Notes: generated by a model from the sequence alone, not told the origin. Counted from the first letter of the stretch, positions 29,477 to 40,318 are shown. The stretch: DNA of 64,000 nt from an uncultured virus (IMG/VR IMGVR_UViG_3300037296_000405) (IMGVR_UViG_3300037296_000405); one strand, 5' to 3'. Made by a program: numbers and translations.

Positions 29477-30220
29477 ATGAATAAACTACAAACCCTTATA
29501 AAAGAAAAAAACGTGACGGAGAAACAAATTAGTTTCTTTTCTAATGATAGTTATCTACTAGATTTTTTGCTAACGTCTGACGATAAAGAAATAAAGATGT
29601 TAAAAGAACTAGAGCCTATATATCCTGTATTAAGACTTTTTTCTTTAAAAAAACTAAAGAAATTGATGAATAATTCAAGACATATATCTCGTGAATTTGT
29701 ATTTATAATTTCACCAAATATTAATGATTCTTTTATAAAATGGTTTAGGAAGTTAAAAAATAAAAAAAGATTTAATTCTATTGATGAAATAGTGGATTAT
29801 CTATTTCAGATAACTAGATATGAAGAATCAAGTTTAGAACCAAGTAATAATTATTATCCTTTAATTAAAAAACTAGATAATAAATTAATAAAGGGTATAC
29901 ATTTTTCAATACCAAAAACAAATATTGAATTGATTGAAATAGGAAAAAGATATAATTCTTGCATAGGAAGCTATTCTGGAAGAATACTTTCAGGACAAGA
30001 GTTAAAGGTTATATCATTTAAAGAGGGTAAGCCATTTTATAATATAGGATTTTGTCCGAAGAAAAAAAATATAGTTCAGATTAAAGGGCAGTCAAACTTA
30101 CTTCCAACTAAAGAAGAAAGAGATTTTATTCTTGAGGTTATGGCGACTATAGGGATATACGATAACAAAAAAGTGTCAATTAGAGAAGAAATAACATCTT
30201 ACAATGTATTAGCTCAGTAA
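29477..30220 (+). CDS. PcfJ-like protein
   Basis: PKTNIELIEIGKRYNSCIGSY, QIKGQSN; leaderless after TTGATC-17-TATACT. Confidence 0.7.
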   Translation: MNKLQTLIKEKNVTEKQISFFSNDSYLLDFLLTSDDKEIKMLKELEPIYPVLRLFSLKKLKKLMNNSRHISREFVFIISPNINDSFIKWFRKLKNKKRFNSIDEIVDYLFQITRYEESSLEPSNNYYPLIKKLDNKLIKGIHFSIPKTNIELIEIGKRYNSCIGSYSGRILSGQELKVISFKEGKPFYNIGFCPKKKNIVQIKGQSNLLPTKEERDFILEVMATIGIYDNKKVSIREEITSYNVLAQ

Positions 30221-30297
30221 GTTACTAATATCAGGTTAAATAAAAGATCTTTACATTTAGTTAATTGTATACTATAATAATATTAAGGGAGTTTTTA

Positions 30298-31506
30298 ATG
30301 CATATATGTTTTGAAGGAATTGATGGAACAGGGAAGACTACTTTATCTAAAGCTGTTAAAGAAAGGCTTGAAAGTGAAGGTAAGAGTGTTTTTCATACGT
30401 CTGAGCCGGGCAATCCAAATCAAAAATGTTCAATGAGTATTAGGGATTTAGTTTTGAATAAAGAATATGAAAAAGAAATTGATGACTTTGAAAGAGAACA
30501 CTTTTTAGCTCTTAATCGAAGAATACAATATAAGAAAAGTAAAGAAGAATTAGCTAAAGGAAAGATTGTTATTCAAGATAGAGGTTGGTTAAGCGGATTT
30601 TCTTATTCTCAAGCTAAAGGATTTTCTCATTCATTTATTGATGATTTAAACGAAAGGCTTACCCCTTCATATAAGAACATGTTTGATGTTATTATTTATT
30701 TAAACAATAACGAAGATATTTCTGAGACACTTAGAAAAGCTCAAGATGCCAAGCAAGAATTTTCAGAAGGTGATACTATAGAATCAAAAGGTGTAAATTT
30801 TCAGGAATCTGTTAGAGACAATTATGTAGACCTAGTTTCTAAGTATGAAAAGTCAGTATATATTATTAAAATAGATATCTATGAGAATAATAAAAGATTA
30901 ACAGTTGATGAATTAATCGTAAAAGTGATGAAGCACTTGTCTAAAAAAATATTTATGTTTGTGGGTAATTCAGGTTCGGGTAAATCAACTTTAGAGCTTG
31001 AATTAGTTAATCAGTATCCTCATTTATTTTCTAGAGTTGTATCATACACAACTAGACCAATTGATAAAGTAAATAGAAAAGAAATTGATGGCTTACATTA
31101 TAATTTTATTTCTTTAAAAGAATTTGAAAAAATGAAAAGTGCAGGAATGTTTATTCAATACACAGAATATGGAGGTAATTATTATGCTTCTGCATATGAA
31201 TCTTATGAAAATAAAACTCCTAACACTGTAGTCGTAATTGCTCCAGAGAAAGGAAAGAAATTAGCAGACGAATTAGAGCAAAAGGGCTACGAAGTTAAGT
31301 GGGTAGTATTTGATATTTCAGATAGTTTAATTAAGAGCAATCTGATTAAGGATGGTGAAGATATTAAAGTTATTGAGAAAAGGTTTTCTAGAGAAAATAA
31401 TAAATTAAAGTTCAAAGAAATGAAATTAAAAGCATCGTATTCTATAAAGGATCAAATGCTTAACAAGCAATTGCCTGAGGCATTTGTAGAATTCTTAAGG
31501 GAGTAG
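30298..31506 (+). CDS. tmk: thymidylate kinase-guanylate kinase fusion
   Basis: FEGIDGTGKTT, EPG, QDR; second P-loop GNSGSGKS, SYTTRP, EIDGLHYNF, YGGNYY. Confidence 0.85.
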   Translation: MHICFEGIDGTGKTTLSKAVKERLESEGKSVFHTSEPGNPNQKCSMSIRDLVLNKEYEKEIDDFEREHFLALNRRIQYKKSKEELAKGKIVIQDRGWLSGFSYSQAKGFSHSFIDDLNERLTPSYKNMFDVIIYLNNNEDISETLRKAQDAKQEFSEGDTIESKGVNFQESVRDNYVDLVSKYEKSVYIIKIDIYENNKRLTVDELIVKVMKHLSKKIFMFVGNSGSGKSTLELELVNQYPHLFSRVVSYTTRPIDKVNRKEIDGLHYNFISLKEFEKMKSAGMFIQYTEYGGNYYASAYESYENKTPNTVVVIAPEKGKKLADELEQKGYEVKWVVFDISDSLIKSNLIKDGEDIKVIEKRFSRENNKLKFKEMKLKASYSIKDQMLNKQLPEAFVEFLRE

Positions 31507-31508
31507 TT

Positions 31509-32291
31509 ATGCAAAAGACGTATCATTGTTTTGATTGGGATGATAATCTAATTTTTATGCCAACCAATATTGTAATTTTTAATAAGGAAAATGATACAGA
31601 AGAAGTTGTTTTATCAACAGAGAATTTTGCTTCACATAGGGGCGATATTGGAAAAGATAAAGAATTTCTTCTATTAAATAATAAGATATCAGAAAATGGA
31701 AAAGGTTCTGTTAGAAATTTTAAAGACTATATAATTATAGGAGATGGAGAACACCCTACTCTTAATTCTTTTAGGGAATTTAGAGATTGTAAAGAAGAGT
31801 TTTTTATTAAACATCTTAAAAAAGCAATTGATAATAAGAAGTTTGGTCCAGAATGGGAATTATTTTTAAAAGTAACTAAAAATTCAGGTGAAGCTAGGAA
31901 CGTATATATAGTTACGGCACGAGGACATTCCGCTCATACTATATATATGGGAATTAAGTATTTAAAAGAACTAGGTTTAATCGAAAATCATGTTCCTAGA
32001 AAAAATATTTATCCTGTTAGTCATGAAAAATTTAAAGGAAACTCCTCAAATCCTCAATCTACTAAATTGAAAATTTTAAAAACTGTTTTTAAAGAAGCTA
32101 ATGAACTAGCTAAAACAGACCAAGTTCATCATACGGTCTATTTTAGCGATGATGATTTAAAGACTATTAATCACTTAAAAGAGAAAGTCTCAAGATTAAG
32201 ATTAAGTTCAATTAACTATTGGAAAAACATTCATATTAGGTTAAGATATACTGGTAACAAGAAAATTAAAAAGGAGCTGATGATATTATGA
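31509..32291 (+). CDS. HAD-superfamily-like protein
   Basis: FDWDDNL, IVTARGH, FSDDD. Confidence 0.7.
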   Translation: MQKTYHCFDWDDNLIFMPTNIVIFNKENDTEEVVLSTENFASHRGDIGKDKEFLLLNNKISENGKGSVRNFKDYIIIGDGEHPTLNSFREFRDCKEEFFIKHLKKAIDNKKFGPEWELFLKVTKNSGEARNVYIVTARGHSAHTIYMGIKYLKELGLIENHVPRKNIYPVSHEKFKGNSSNPQSTKLKILKTVFKEANELAKTDQVHHTVYFSDDDLKTINHLKEKVSRLRLSSINYWKNIHIRLRYTGNKKIKKELMIL

Positions 32292-32827
32292 GCGAGGTTG
32301 TTCTTATTATAGGACCGTCAGGTTCAGGTAAATCTTTTTTACAAAAAAAATTGGTTTCGGAAGGTTATTTTGCAATAGTATCTTCGACAACTAGAAATCC
32401 TAGAGATGGAGAATTTTCTGGTGTAGATTATCACTTTAAAGAAGATAGAGAGGACTTTTTTTTAGATGAGTATATAGAACATGCCCAAGTAGGAAATGAA
32501 TTTTATGGAACTCCAGTTAAAGAGTTTTATAAAGCAAAAAAAATAGCCCATGTTGTTGAACCATATGGAGCAAAACAGATATTAGATAAATTTAAAGAAA
32601 GTAAAGACGTTACAATTAAAGTAGTTTTTATGGATATATCTAAAAATATTTGTTCTAAAAATTTAAAAGGAAATAAGGATAGTCTATCTGATAAAGACTT
32701 AGAAAGATTGAATAGAGATGTTAAAGACGATATTAGAGATAGATTAGTTGAAACAGGAATAATCCCTACATTAACTATAAAAGCTCTTGATTATGATATA
32801 AAAACATTATTATCTAGATTATCGTAG
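32288..32827 (+). CDS. gmk: guanylate kinase
   Basis: GPSGSGKS, STTRNPRDGE..GVDYHF, FYGT. Confidence 0.85.
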   Translation: MSEVVLIIGPSGSGKSFLQKKLVSEGYFAIVSSTTRNPRDGEFSGVDYHFKEDREDFFLDEYIEHAQVGNEFYGTPVKEFYKAKKIAHVVEPYGAKQILDKFKESKDVTIKVVFMDISKNICSKNLKGNKDSLSDKDLERLNRDVKDDIRDRLVETGIIPTLTIKALDYDIKTLLSRLS

Positions 32828-32878
32828 ATATTCACCTTTTACATAGACTAACAGATCAATTGATGATACAATAATATT

Positions 32879-33784
32879 ATGAATATATGTACTTGGAATA
32901 TGGAAAATTTTTACTTGTTTATGGATAGATACCAGAATCAAGATATTAATGACATGACAAATGAAGAATGGGAAGCTCTTTCAACGAGTACTCAAAGTAG
33001 AAATAAGCACTTACAGAAAATAATTGAATCAGCTAATGTAATTAACGATATTAATGCCGATGTATTTATTTTAACAGAAGTAGGTGGTGCCGATTCTTTA
33101 AATAACTTCAATAAATATTTTTTAAATAATCAATATGATGTTGTATTAAGAGAAGGTAATAGTTCTAGAGGTATAGAGATAGGATTTTTAATCAATAAGA
33201 AATTAAAAATGAAGTCTAAAATATACTCTAATAAAAAAATTCTTTTAGATAATGGTAAAAAATTCTCACGTAGCATTGCAGAACTACAATTGTCTAATAA
33301 AGAGGGCGTTCAACTAGTTCTACTAGGAGTTCATTTAAAAAGTAAACACCATCAAGAGAAAGATTTTGAAGGCATTGAACAAAGAACATTAGAATTATCT
33401 TCTTTAAAAAAACATGTTAATCTAGTAAAAGAAAAGTATAATGTTCCAGTAATAATTGGAGGAGATTTCAATTGCTCAAGAGCTGATTATGAATTTAATG
33501 ACTTCGCAGATAGTTTTTTTGAATTCCATGAGTTAAAAGGGAGTACTCCAGAAGAAGCCTGTACCTATGTTTACTTTAAAAATAATAAGGTATTATTTCA
33601 ATTAGATTATCTTTTTTGTACAGATAAAAATGTTATTAATTTAAAAGATTCTTATACGTACAGATTTAAGAATGAATATGGAGACAATCTCGGTATACCA
33701 GATACATTTAGTGAAAAGAAAATGATGCCATCAGACCATTTTCCTGTAGTATTAAATATTGACTTAACTGAAAAGGATAAATAA
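32879..33784 (+). CDS. endonuclease/exonuclease/phosphatase (EEP) family protein
   Basis: TWNMEN, LTEV, HLKS, GDFN, LDY, SDH. Confidence 0.9.
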   Translation: MNICTWNMENFYLFMDRYQNQDINDMTNEEWEALSTSTQSRNKHLQKIIESANVINDINADVFILTEVGGADSLNNFNKYFLNNQYDVVLREGNSSRGIEIGFLINKKLKMKSKIYSNKKILLDNGKKFSRSIAELQLSNKEGVQLVLLGVHLKSKHHQEKDFEGIEQRTLELSSLKKHVNLVKEKYNVPVIIGGDFNCSRADYEFNDFADSFFEFHELKGSTPEEACTYVYFKNNKVLFQLDYLFCTDKNVINLKDSYTYRFKNEYGDNLGIPDTFSEKKMMPSDHFPVVLNIDLTEKDK

Positions 33785-34047
33785 TGGATAGACAAGATTT
33801 TAGACTAGTTAGAGATAATAAAACAGACAAAATTTTAATACAAGAGAATAGCTTCGTAGATGGATTTTCACAACCCATTTTTAGTTGGGAATTTATGTGC
33901 CGTGAAGTAAAGATTAAAAAATTAGGTTTTATTCCATGGACAAAAAAAGTTCCACTTCATTTTATTAATCTAGAAAAAGCTCAAGTATATATTGACAATT
34001 TAATTAAGAAAGACAAAGATACTCAAAGATACACAATTATAAAATAG
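33784..34047 (+). CDS. hypothetical protein
   Basis: 87 aa, TAATG coupling. Confidence 0.7.
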   Translation: MDRQDFRLVRDNKTDKILIQENSFVDGFSQPIFSWEFMCREVKIKKLGFIPWTKKVPLHFINLEKAQVYIDNLIKKDKDTQRYTIIK

Positions 34048-34284
34048 TTAATCTTCGTCTTCACTATCATAGTCATAGTCTGATTCTAAACTATCTTCAA
34101 AAGAATCTAGAAGGTCTTCAAACTCATCTTCTTCTTCGTCTTCCTCATCTTCACCTAGTCGCATGAGAATTTCTTTTTCAATTTGAAATTGAGTATAAAC
34201 ATCGTCATCAGAACTTTCTTCCTTAATAGCACTTTCTAATAGTTCTAGTAATTCTTTACCTGACAATTTTTTTAATTTTTTCAT
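34048..34284 (-). CDS. small highly acidic protein
   Basis: D/E-rich C-terminal half. Confidence 0.7.
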   Translation of the reverse strand: MKKLKKLSGKELLELLESAIKEESSDDDVYTQFQIEKEILMRLGEDEEDEEEDEFEDLLDSFEDSLESDYDYDSEDED

Positions 34285-34425
34285 TTTAGCCCTTTATCCT
34301 ATTATACCTTATTGTGTATTCTATATTCAAATAAATAGATAAAAAAATATAAAAAATATGATCTTGATATTTTTTTCTTTAATAATATTAGTAATTCTGA
34401 TATAATATTATTAATTAGGAGAACT

Positions 34426-34956
34426 ATGCAAATATATAGATTGTCATTTGAAGATTTTTTAGATATTAGAATTTTAGAAGAAGCGGAACTAGATAAAAAT
34501 TCTGAAAGTAATCATTATACTTATGATAGTGCAGAATTCTATTCATCTCAATTATTTGATAATAAAGGTTCAGTATTTGGTGTTTATGATGGAGACAAGT
34601 TAGTAGCTATATCAGGGAACTTTCTACTTGGTTCAGATGATGAACATAGAGATTTTTTTAAAGATAGTTTGTTAAATAATAAAATAGAAAGCAATCCAGA
34701 TAATATTGTGTTTTTTAATAATACTTTAGTATCTAAAGCCTATAGAGGTAAAGGATTACAGAAGAAATTTAGAGAACATGCAATTAAATATTATAATAAA
34801 ATGGGAATTACTGAATTTATTTCAACAACTAGTTTAGATAACGAAGCTAGTGCTAAAAGCTTAATTAATTTAGGAATGAAAGAATTATCAAATTTACAAG
34901 GAACACCTTATTCGAAATCTACAAAACGCTTTTTTTATTTAAAAAGTATTTCATAG
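34426..34956 (+). CDS. GNAT acetyltransferase
   Basis: YRGKGLQ, NEAS..SL..LG. Confidence 0.8.
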   Translation: MQIYRLSFEDFLDIRILEEAELDKNSESNHYTYDSAEFYSSQLFDNKGSVFGVYDGDKLVAISGNFLLGSDDEHRDFFKDSLLNNKIESNPDNIVFFNNTLVSKAYRGKGLQKKFREHAIKYYNKMGITEFISTTSLDNEASAKSLINLGMKELSNLQGTPYSKSTKRFFYLKSIS

Positions 34957-35795
34957 TATTCAATTATCTCATCTTTTCTTTTAATGACATCAAGCCACCT
35001 TTGAGGGAGACTCTCTAAGCCGTAAAAAGCTCCTAATAGTGCGCCACTAATAGCACCGCAAGTGTCAGAATCATCTCCTCTATTTATTACATGTATAATC
35101 GCATCCTCTAGATTATCAAAATGAATCAAAGACCATAAAGAACATACTAGTGAGTCTAAGACATATCCAGAGGTCTTTAGCTCACTGTATTTAATGTTTG
35201 ATATATTGTTTATAGTATTGTATAAATCTAAATCTACTCCGTTGGCTAAATCAAGAGCTTCTTTTATAATTGATTCTTTAGAAGAGTCTTCAAAGGCAGA
35301 CTGTAGAGATTTTATAAATATCTTATCTGATAATTTACAAATAGTCTCTCCATGTGTAATCGAACATTGTTGACTAATTATAATGGGATTAAACTCTAAT
35401 AAAGATAATGGTGCACACCTCATAAGTGAACCGTTACTTTTTCTGTAAAAACCTTTTAATCCAGTAAAATCTAAGTTATTTGATTTTTGCAGTTCTAAAG
35501 CTTTTGATATAGTATTTCCAATATCAGAAGGCTCAGTATCCTTCCAATCAATATATTTTTGAATAATATCTTTATGATTATAATCTTTATTTTCGGACAA
35601 TGATTTTAGTAAGCATATCATCATGTCGGTATCATCAGTAGCTTTTCCAGCAGTCCAATTAAAAACACCTCCACCAATAATATCTTTTTGGAACTTATTT
35701 ATATCTCTTGTCGGAGATTTAAATTCTAATGTTGCGCCTAGAGAATCTCCACAGTGAAGCCCAAGAAGCATACCTAAGTGTTTATTTCTTTTCAT
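34935..35795 (-). CDS. ADP-ribosylglycohydrolase (DraG family)
   Basis: GDSLG, TDDT, SNGSLMR, TH, DSDT. Confidence 0.9.
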   Translation of the reverse strand: MKRNKHLGMLLGLHCGDSLGATLEFKSPTRDINKFQKDIIGGGVFNWTAGKATDDTDMMICLLKSLSENKDYNHKDIIQKYIDWKDTEPSDIGNTISKALELQKSNNLDFTGLKGFYRKSNGSLMRCAPLSLLEFNPIIISQQCSITHGETICKLSDKIFIKSLQSAFEDSSKESIIKEALDLANGVDLDLYNTINNISNIKYSELKTSGYVLDSLVCSLWSLIHFDNLEDAIIHVINRGDDSDTCGAISGALLGAFYGLESLPQRWLDVIKRKDEIIEYYEILFK

Positions 35796-35806
35796 AATAT
35801 TATCCT

Positions 35807-36493
35807 TTAAAAAAAGCTTTCGTTGATATTCATTTTTTTAAAATTTAGTTCATTAAGTTTGTAAACTAAACTTTTTCTACCTCTACCTTTTTGTTCATGT
35901 TTACTGGTAGAAACCTCTTCAATTATATTTAATTGCTCGGTTAATTTTTTTCTTAAATTACTTTTATCAATTTTATTAGAAGTTATTTTCTCAAAAGTAT
36001 CTACTAGCTCTTTTATTGTAAATTCATTTCCAACAAGCTCAAAACCAACTTTTGTGTATCTAATTTTATTAATTATTCTTTCGTTCGCATCTAAAACAAT
36101 ACTATTGTGATCGAAAGCTAGTCTAGGAATATCTTCAATAGGAAACCATTTTAATTCTTCCTTGTCTGAATTTATAATTTTTTTATTTAATTTATCGTAA
36201 TTTACAAGACCAATATATGCAACACTACAACTTGCTCCTCGAGGATCTCTTCCAATTCCACCATAAGTTTTCAATTGTTCTAAATATATTCCTGTAAGCC
36301 CTGTTTTTCTTAACATTAAATTTGAGGCAGCCTCATCTGGGTTTAGTGTATTCTCCCATATTCCACCAGCTAATGCCCATGTATCTTTATAAGGATCGTT
36401 TTTTCTTTTAGTAAGTAGAAGACATAACTTCTCTTTGTAAATACTAAAGAAGCATATATCAATATAGTTGTTCATTGTAAATGTTTTATTCAT
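35807..36493 (-). CDS. nrtR: NrtR family NUDIX-wHTH regulator
   Basis: WALAGG, LEQL.TY...RDPRG, LAFDH, FTI.EL, NLRKK, GR...VY. Confidence 0.85.
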   Translation of the reverse strand: MNKTFTMNNYIDICFFSIYKEKLCLLLTKRKNDPYKDTWALAGGIWENTLNPDEAASNLMLRKTGLTGIYLEQLKTYGGIGRDPRGASCSVAYIGLVNYDKLNKKIINSDKEELKWFPIEDIPRLAFDHNSIVLDANERIINKIRYTKVGFELVGNEFTIKELVDTFEKITSNKIDKSNLRKKLTEQLNIIEEVSTSKHEQKGRGRKSLVYKLNELNFKKMNINESFF

Positions 36494-36660
36494 ATATCCT
36501 TTTATAATTAAATTAAACTTTAATTATTATATCACTTTTAATATAGAATATCAATAAGAATGAATAATAAAGTACACAAATATCTGTTTTTATTAATATT
36601 AATTTAAGTATTTTTACTTTAATATTTAAATCTTTATTATTCTACATTTATATTATATAA

Positions 36661-36681
36661 TATAAGTATAAATTACTTTAT
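36661..36681. promoter_or_regulatory. candidate NrtR operator
   Basis: TATAA-GT-N7-AC-TTTAT imperfect palindrome between nrtR and pncA. Confidence 0.45.
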
Positions 36682-36700
36682 TAAATAAAAAGGATATTTT

Positions 36701-37261
36701 ATGAAAGCACTATTAGTTATTGACATTCAGAATGATTTTTGTGAAGGAGGTTCTTTGTCCGTTGAAGGAGCCAAAGAAATAATTCCTTATGTAAACAGTT
36801 TAATGAATAAATATTCTTTGGTTGTTGCTACCAAAGATTGGCATCCCCTAAATCATTCAAGTTTTTTGTCAAACAATCCAGAAACAGGAATTTGGCCGAA
36901 TCATTGTATTAAAGGTTCAGAAGGAGCTAAGTTACATAAAGAAATAGACTTGGAGTCAATTGATTTTATTTTTTCTAAAGGAGCTAATCCTTTAGTTGAT
37001 AGTTATAGTGGATTCTATGAAAACAATAAAACTACTTCTACAGGTTTAGGTGAGTTTTTAAAGTTAAAAGGAATAACTGAAGTTTTAATTGTTGGTTTAG
37101 CTCTAGATTATTGTGTTAAGGCAACAGCTTTGGATGCTCTTAAATTTGGTTTAAAAGTTAGTGTTGATTTAAAAGGGACAAGAGCTGTTAACAAAAATGA
37201 CGGAGACGATTCTCGTGCAATAGCTTTTTTAAAAGAAAATGGTGTTACTATTTTAAATTAA
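36701..37261 (+). CDS. pncA: nicotinamidase/pyrazinamidase
   Basis: VIDIQNDF, DWHP..H, WPNHC, KG...DSYSGF, GLALDYCV. Confidence 0.95.
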   Translation: MKALLVIDIQNDFCEGGSLSVEGAKEIIPYVNSLMNKYSLVVATKDWHPLNHSSFLSNNPETGIWPNHCIKGSEGAKLHKEIDLESIDFIFSKGANPLVDSYSGFYENNKTTSTGLGEFLKLKGITEVLIVGLALDYCVKATALDALKFGLKVSVDLKGTRAVNKNDGDDSRAIAFLKENGVTILN

Positions 37262-38275
37262 AAACTTATCTTTCGTATAATGGTGCCATTCTTCACTTAA
37301 AACACTACGTGAAGATACCCATTTAATATTAGCACCTAAATTAATTGCTTGAATGGCAATATCAAAAAACTCATTATCGATTAGCCACTTTAAAAGATTA
37401 GTATCTTTATATAATATATTTATTTGATATTTAATTAACAATGAAATAACTTCTTTATCATATTCCATTAAAATCAAATTCTTGATATAGTTTTTGTTTA
37501 ATTTGTCGGGTATTATTTTATGTTCTAAAAACATTTTAACTATATCAGGATTACCTTTACTTAAAGCAATATAAAATGCTTCAAAATAATTATACTTAGG
37601 GCTAGCTCCATATTTGAGTATTTTTTTTATTGCGTAAGTATTTTGGTATTTTGTGTAACTAATTAGATACCCATTTAAACTACTATTATATAAACCACTC
37701 TCTATGAGACAGTCAAATATTTTTTTATTGTTTTCATTAAATGATGGACAAACTCCTTGGTTTATAAAAAACATAGAGCATGTTATTTTTCTAGAAGTAA
37801 AGTATTCAACTAGGTCTAGTCGATTTTCAATACAGGATATATTAAGATATCCACTTAATAGTATCCAATCTTCATTCTTGCTAAGTTTATCCAAGCTTAA
37901 TTTTAGTTCCTCATCAAAGTGATTTTGTTTTGTAATTAATTTCTTGAATTGTTCAAGTTTATTTCCATATTCTTCTGAAGAATTTTTTAGTTCTTTTTCA
38001 TTTTTAAGTCTATGAACTATTGTTATTCTAGTTTTCCATTTAATTAAATTATTTGAAAATTGAATTATATTTGAATAGGCTTTATTACATATTGATTCAT
38101 TTTTAAAAGTTATTCTAGTGTAGTGTTCTTTTTGTTTATTTTCATCAGAAGATATTTTTGTAATCATATCTTTATTTTGTAATAAATACTGAGATATTTT
38201 CGATGTGTTTGTTGAATTATCAACAATATAATTAATTAATCCAAGAAATTCTAATTTATGTGTTATTTCACTCAT
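37253..38275 (-). CDS. ankyrin-repeat-like protein
   Basis: IALSKGNPDIVKMFLE, LKYGA, INLGAN. Confidence 0.6.
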   Translation of the reverse strand: MSEITHKLEFLGLINYIVDNSTNTSKISQYLLQNKDMITKISSDENKQKEHYTRITFKNESICNKAYSNIIQFSNNLIKWKTRITIVHRLKNEKELKNSSEEYGNKLEQFKKLITKQNHFDEELKLSLDKLSKNEDWILLSGYLNISCIENRLDLVEYFTSRKITCSMFFINQGVCPSFNENNKKIFDCLIESGLYNSSLNGYLISYTKYQNTYAIKKILKYGASPKYNYFEAFYIALSKGNPDIVKMFLEHKIIPDKLNKNYIKNLILMEYDKEVISLLIKYQINILYKDTNLLKWLIDNEFFDIAIQAINLGANIKWVSSRSVLSEEWHHYTKDKFLI

Positions 38276-38440
38276 ATTATCTCCTTATTATATAATATCA
38301 TAAAAAAAGTAACTTTGATAGTCTATTAATTATATTTTAATGGGAATATACGCACAAGTAAATAATTAAATAAAAGTATTGATCTTATAGTCAAAATAGT
38401 GTATAATGTATAAATAATAAAACTTTGGGGAGAGATTTTT

Positions 38441-40318
38441 ATGTTGAATTCTAAATTACTAAAATTATTAAACGAAAAAGCTATTGTTTGGGGAGATAAT
38501 AATCCCGCAAAAGCAATACTTAATCAGTTAAATAATGTATATCCTATGAATCCAATTTTAAGTGAACTTTTAAAAGGTAAAGAGTTAGAATTGAAAGATT
38601 CTGACTTAGATAAAGATGAGCAAGGTTTCTCTTTAGTTGATTATGCTTCTGTTATCGGAAATACAAAATTTGTAGAAAAGTATATTAAAGATGAATATTT
38701 GCCAGTGATAGGTGAGTATAATTTAGATTTAAGTAAACCTTTATTTAAAAATTTATCTTTTGATAAAAAAATAATAGTAAAAGGACAGAACTTTTTTCTT
38801 CATAGTAAATATGATTTTTTAGAATGTAAAAACTTTAATGAAGCTTTGAAAAAAATATTTCCAAATGCAGGTAAAAAGACGTTTAAAACAATTTCAAATT
38901 TCATAGAAAATGAAAATGGCAATATTGATTTTTCAGCATTTCATTTTGCACACTATTGTTCGGTTTATGTATCAGACGCAAACCATTTTAATGAAATTAT
39001 AGAAAATTCAATTAATTTAGATTCAGTAGAGTCTCTTCATCCATTACATTTTGTTCTTGAGAGAATGAATGAAAAAAGATTTATTAAGCTTGTTATAGAT
39101 GCAACAAGAGTAAATAAATTTGAATTAAGCTCAATGGTTATAGATATTATGAGAATGTATAAAGATATTCTAAAAGTATGCGAAGAAGAATATGAAATTG
39201 ACTTTAAATCAATTAACACAGTTAAGGAATTACATGATTCAGTGATGAAAGACCATGAATTGATTTCAAGGCATGGAGAAAACTTAATGTTGTTTTTAGA
39301 AAGGAAATTTCCATACCTAGAAGCGTTTAGTGAAAATGAATTTAGAGGTTGTCAAATAGTAATACCAAAAGATAAAGCTACTCTAGTCGAGTGGGGTCAA
39401 CAATTAGGAAATTGTATTGGTAGTTACGGTCAAGATGCGAGAGATGGTCAGACTATTATTTTTGCATTGTATGAGAAAGACAAAGTTAAGTACAATATTG
39501 AGATTTCTCCTTCTGATGGAAGAATAAAACAATTTGTTTCACATTCAAACAATATTGTTGATGAAAACATGAGAAATGAATTACAAGAATTAATTGCTAG
39601 ATATTGCGAAGGAAGAGTTGTTTCAAATGAAGATGGAGAAATTATAAATTTAAATGTAGATAGAAGATTTCTAGTTAGAGTCTTAAAGACTGATAGTCCA
39701 GTAAATGAAGAAAAAGTATTTTTAAATAAATTATTTCAATTAGAATTTTCAAGTAAAAAAACTTTTGATAATTTTATTGATGTTAAAAGAATAGGTTTTG
39801 GAGACAACATACCTAAAGGAATAATGTCTTTGATATTAGAAGATAAAACATCTAAAGGGGCTTTATGTAATAAAATAGCTTCTCTAGAAAGTTCAGCTTA
39901 CACTGGATTGTTAAAGCAGTTTAAAGGAACAGATTTTATAAATATGAGAGTGAAAGATTACAGGGAAGTTGTTGTAGAAATTAAAAATAATAAAAAGAAA
40001 GGTGTAAGGAATTTTTTTATTGGAGTTGATAAACTTTTGAAAGTTACAGGTAAAACTCCAAGTGCTATGCAAAGTCAAGATTATACAGAATTTAAAAAAC
40101 TTATTGATAAAGAATTAGATGATAAAACCAATATATTTTTAGTTATATCAGATGTTAAAAAAAATAAAAGATTAGTTTATAAAGATGATAAAATAATTGA
40201 ACCTTTAGTTAATCAAATATTTTTTACGCATAAAGATAAATCTATTGATACGAATTTTAAAGTAGATGTTATTAAAAATCTATCAGGTGAATCTAATTGT
40301 GTTTATTCTGTAAAATAA
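38441..40318 (+). CDS. PcfJ-like multidomain protein
   Basis: ELHD, PKD..LVEWGQQLGNCIGSY, NIEI, QF...N. Confidence 0.75.
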   Translation: MLNSKLLKLLNEKAIVWGDNNPAKAILNQLNNVYPMNPILSELLKGKELELKDSDLDKDEQGFSLVDYASVIGNTKFVEKYIKDEYLPVIGEYNLDLSKPLFKNLSFDKKIIVKGQNFFLHSKYDFLECKNFNEALKKIFPNAGKKTFKTISNFIENENGNIDFSAFHFAHYCSVYVSDANHFNEIIENSINLDSVESLHPLHFVLERMNEKRFIKLVIDATRVNKFELSSMVIDIMRMYKDILKVCEEEYEIDFKSINTVKELHDSVMKDHELISRHGENLMLFLERKFPYLEAFSENEFRGCQIVIPKDKATLVEWGQQLGNCIGSYGQDARDGQTIIFALYEKDKVKYNIEISPSDGRIKQFVSHSNNIVDENMRNELQELIARYCEGRVVSNEDGEIINLNVDRRFLVRVLKTDSPVNEEKVFLNKLFQLEFSSKKTFDNFIDVKRIGFGDNIPKGIMSLILEDKTSKGALCNKIASLESSAYTGLLKQFKGTDFINMRVKDYREVVVEIKNNKKKGVRNFFIGVDKLLKVTGKTPSAMQSQDYTEFKKLIDKELDDKTNIFLVISDVKKNKRLVYKDDKIIEPLVNQIFFTHKDKSIDTNFKVDVIKNLSGESNCVYSVK

